Source: Terriglobia bacterium (lineage in GTDB: Bacteria; Acidobacteriota; Terriglobia; JAJPHL01; JAPKYU01). From it: a stretch of DNA of 64,000 nt. Position numbers and translations under genes: made by a program. Under the pieces are notes generated by a model. It did not search any database. It worked only from the letters and a program-made list of their open reading frames with translations, and was not told the origin of the DNA. Where the stretch lies: positions 1,024,001 to 1,088,000 of the forward strand of contig CBDBKE010000004.1 of assembly GCA_965206645.1 (NCBI GenBank). The letters run 5' to 3'. Positions 63,017 through 64,000 of the stretch are shown piece after piece (within the stretch, counting starts at the first letter, position 1; every line of letters starts with the position of its first letter).

Positions 63017-64000
63017 CCAACTCCGGGAGGCGATCCTTGCGCAGAACCCGACAGACCAGCAGAGGGAGGCCATCTTTTCTGAGGAGTTGGAGTTTCTCTT
63101 GCGCGCAGCTCCAGGAAGCGGAAAAACCTGGACATCATGTCGACGCTTTATCTGGAGAGCAGCCAACTGGCCTCATCCTGTCGGCGGACTGGCCCTCCTA
63201 TCGTTCACAAACGCTGCCATCCGCGAGTTCAAGACCGCCACGACCAACGTAGGGCGAAGAGACCTCCTCTCCGATCCGAACTACGTCGGTACGTTTGACT
63301 CATTCGTTGAACGTTACATTCTCGCACCGTTTGGCCATCTGCTCACCGGCGCAGACAAGCGGCCAAAGCTATTTCCAGGCCCACGTCCGGGCGACTGGAA
63401 CAATACGCAACTGAAGGTGTGGAGGGACGGCAAGGGCGGTCAGAAGATCCCCGTTCCGGCATGGGAAGTCATACCCTGTCCGGATGGCACCAAGCTCCGC
63501 TTCAAGGTGTCACCCACCTTCGGGAATCAGCCCATTGCCGCCGCCACTGAGCCTGTCTACAAACTGCTGTCTCTGGGCTTTTACACCCATGCGCAACGCA
63601 TTTTTTGGGCATGCAAACTCCTAATCAAGAGGCCTCACATCGCGGAGCTGCTGGCCAGGCGCTTCCGAGAGATCATCGTCGATGAAGCACAGGATACGAA
63701 TGCCTGGCTTTTAATTCTCTTGAACCTCCTGCGTGACAAGGGCGCAAAGATCACTCTCATCGGTGACCCGGACCAGTGCATCTTCGAGTTCAGTATGGCG
63801 GATGCGACTTCGTTGCCCAATCTGAAGACGAAGTGGTCAATTCCAGAGAAGCCCCTGAGTCAGTCGTTTCGTTGCAACAACCAGATTGCCGCAGCCGTCC
63901 GTAACGTGGGCGGGAACGCATATTTCACCGGAGCTGGTGATGGAGCGAGCGAGTGGCACCGGGGGTTTGTGGTTGAAGAGTCATCGAAGACATTTTCCGA
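63003..64000 (+). CDS. gajB: UvrD-like helicase (Gabija GajB-like), runs off the window
   Basis: Hand translation from ATG 63003: AAPGSGKT, LSFTNAA, GTFDSF, IIVDEAQDT, IGDPDQCIF; overlaps the gajA stop. Confidence 0.85.
   Translation, partial: MATADQLREAILAQNPTDQQREAIFSEELEFLLRAAPGSGKTWTSCRRFIWRAANWPHPVGGLALLSFTNAAIREFKTATTNVGRRDLLSDPNYVGTFDSFVERYILAPFGHLLTGADKRPKLFPGPRPGDWNNTQLKVWRDGKGGQKIPVPAWEVIPCPDGTKLRFKVSPTFGNQPIAAATEPVYKLLSLGFYTHAQRIFWACKLLIKRPHIAELLARRFREIIVDEAQDTNAWLLILLNLLRDKGAKITLIGDPDQCIFEFSMADATSLPNLKTKWSIPEKPLSQSFRCNNQIAAAVRNVGGNAYFTGAGDGASEWHRGFVVEESSKTFS

Overview
GC-rich, heavily rearranged accessory region with no housekeeping genes, apparently a decaying ICE or integrated-plasmid mosaic. 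The left arm (1-8.7 kb) is a conjugation module: frameshifted virB10, virB9, virB4, virB3, virB2, a Replic_Relax-like relaxase and ardC. Next is a ~1390-aa cadherin/FN3 surface protein. Its RBS abuts one of two inverted loxP-like 36-bp sites that bracket a Cre-like tyrosine recombinase and a candidate promoter. This looks like a self-contained invertible ON/OFF switch and is the most striking system here. The rest is defence and cargo genes, much of it broken by mobile elements. Cargo includes DUF5131+TcmP, a nucleotide cyclase-like gene, DUF4238, type I RM, higBA/vapBC, a truncated cas3 beside a DEDDh exonuclease, Gabija, a candidate selenocysteine rhodanese and RepA remnants. Mobile elements include IS3 (4 near-identical copies plus others), IS21, IS481-like, IS1182, IS5, IS1380 and IS110 remnants, and two related MITE families. 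A 5' half of tRNA-Val(TAC) with arm-type repeats lies beside an integrase. No CRISPR array or rRNA was seen. Family calls come from motif recognition only; no database search was run.
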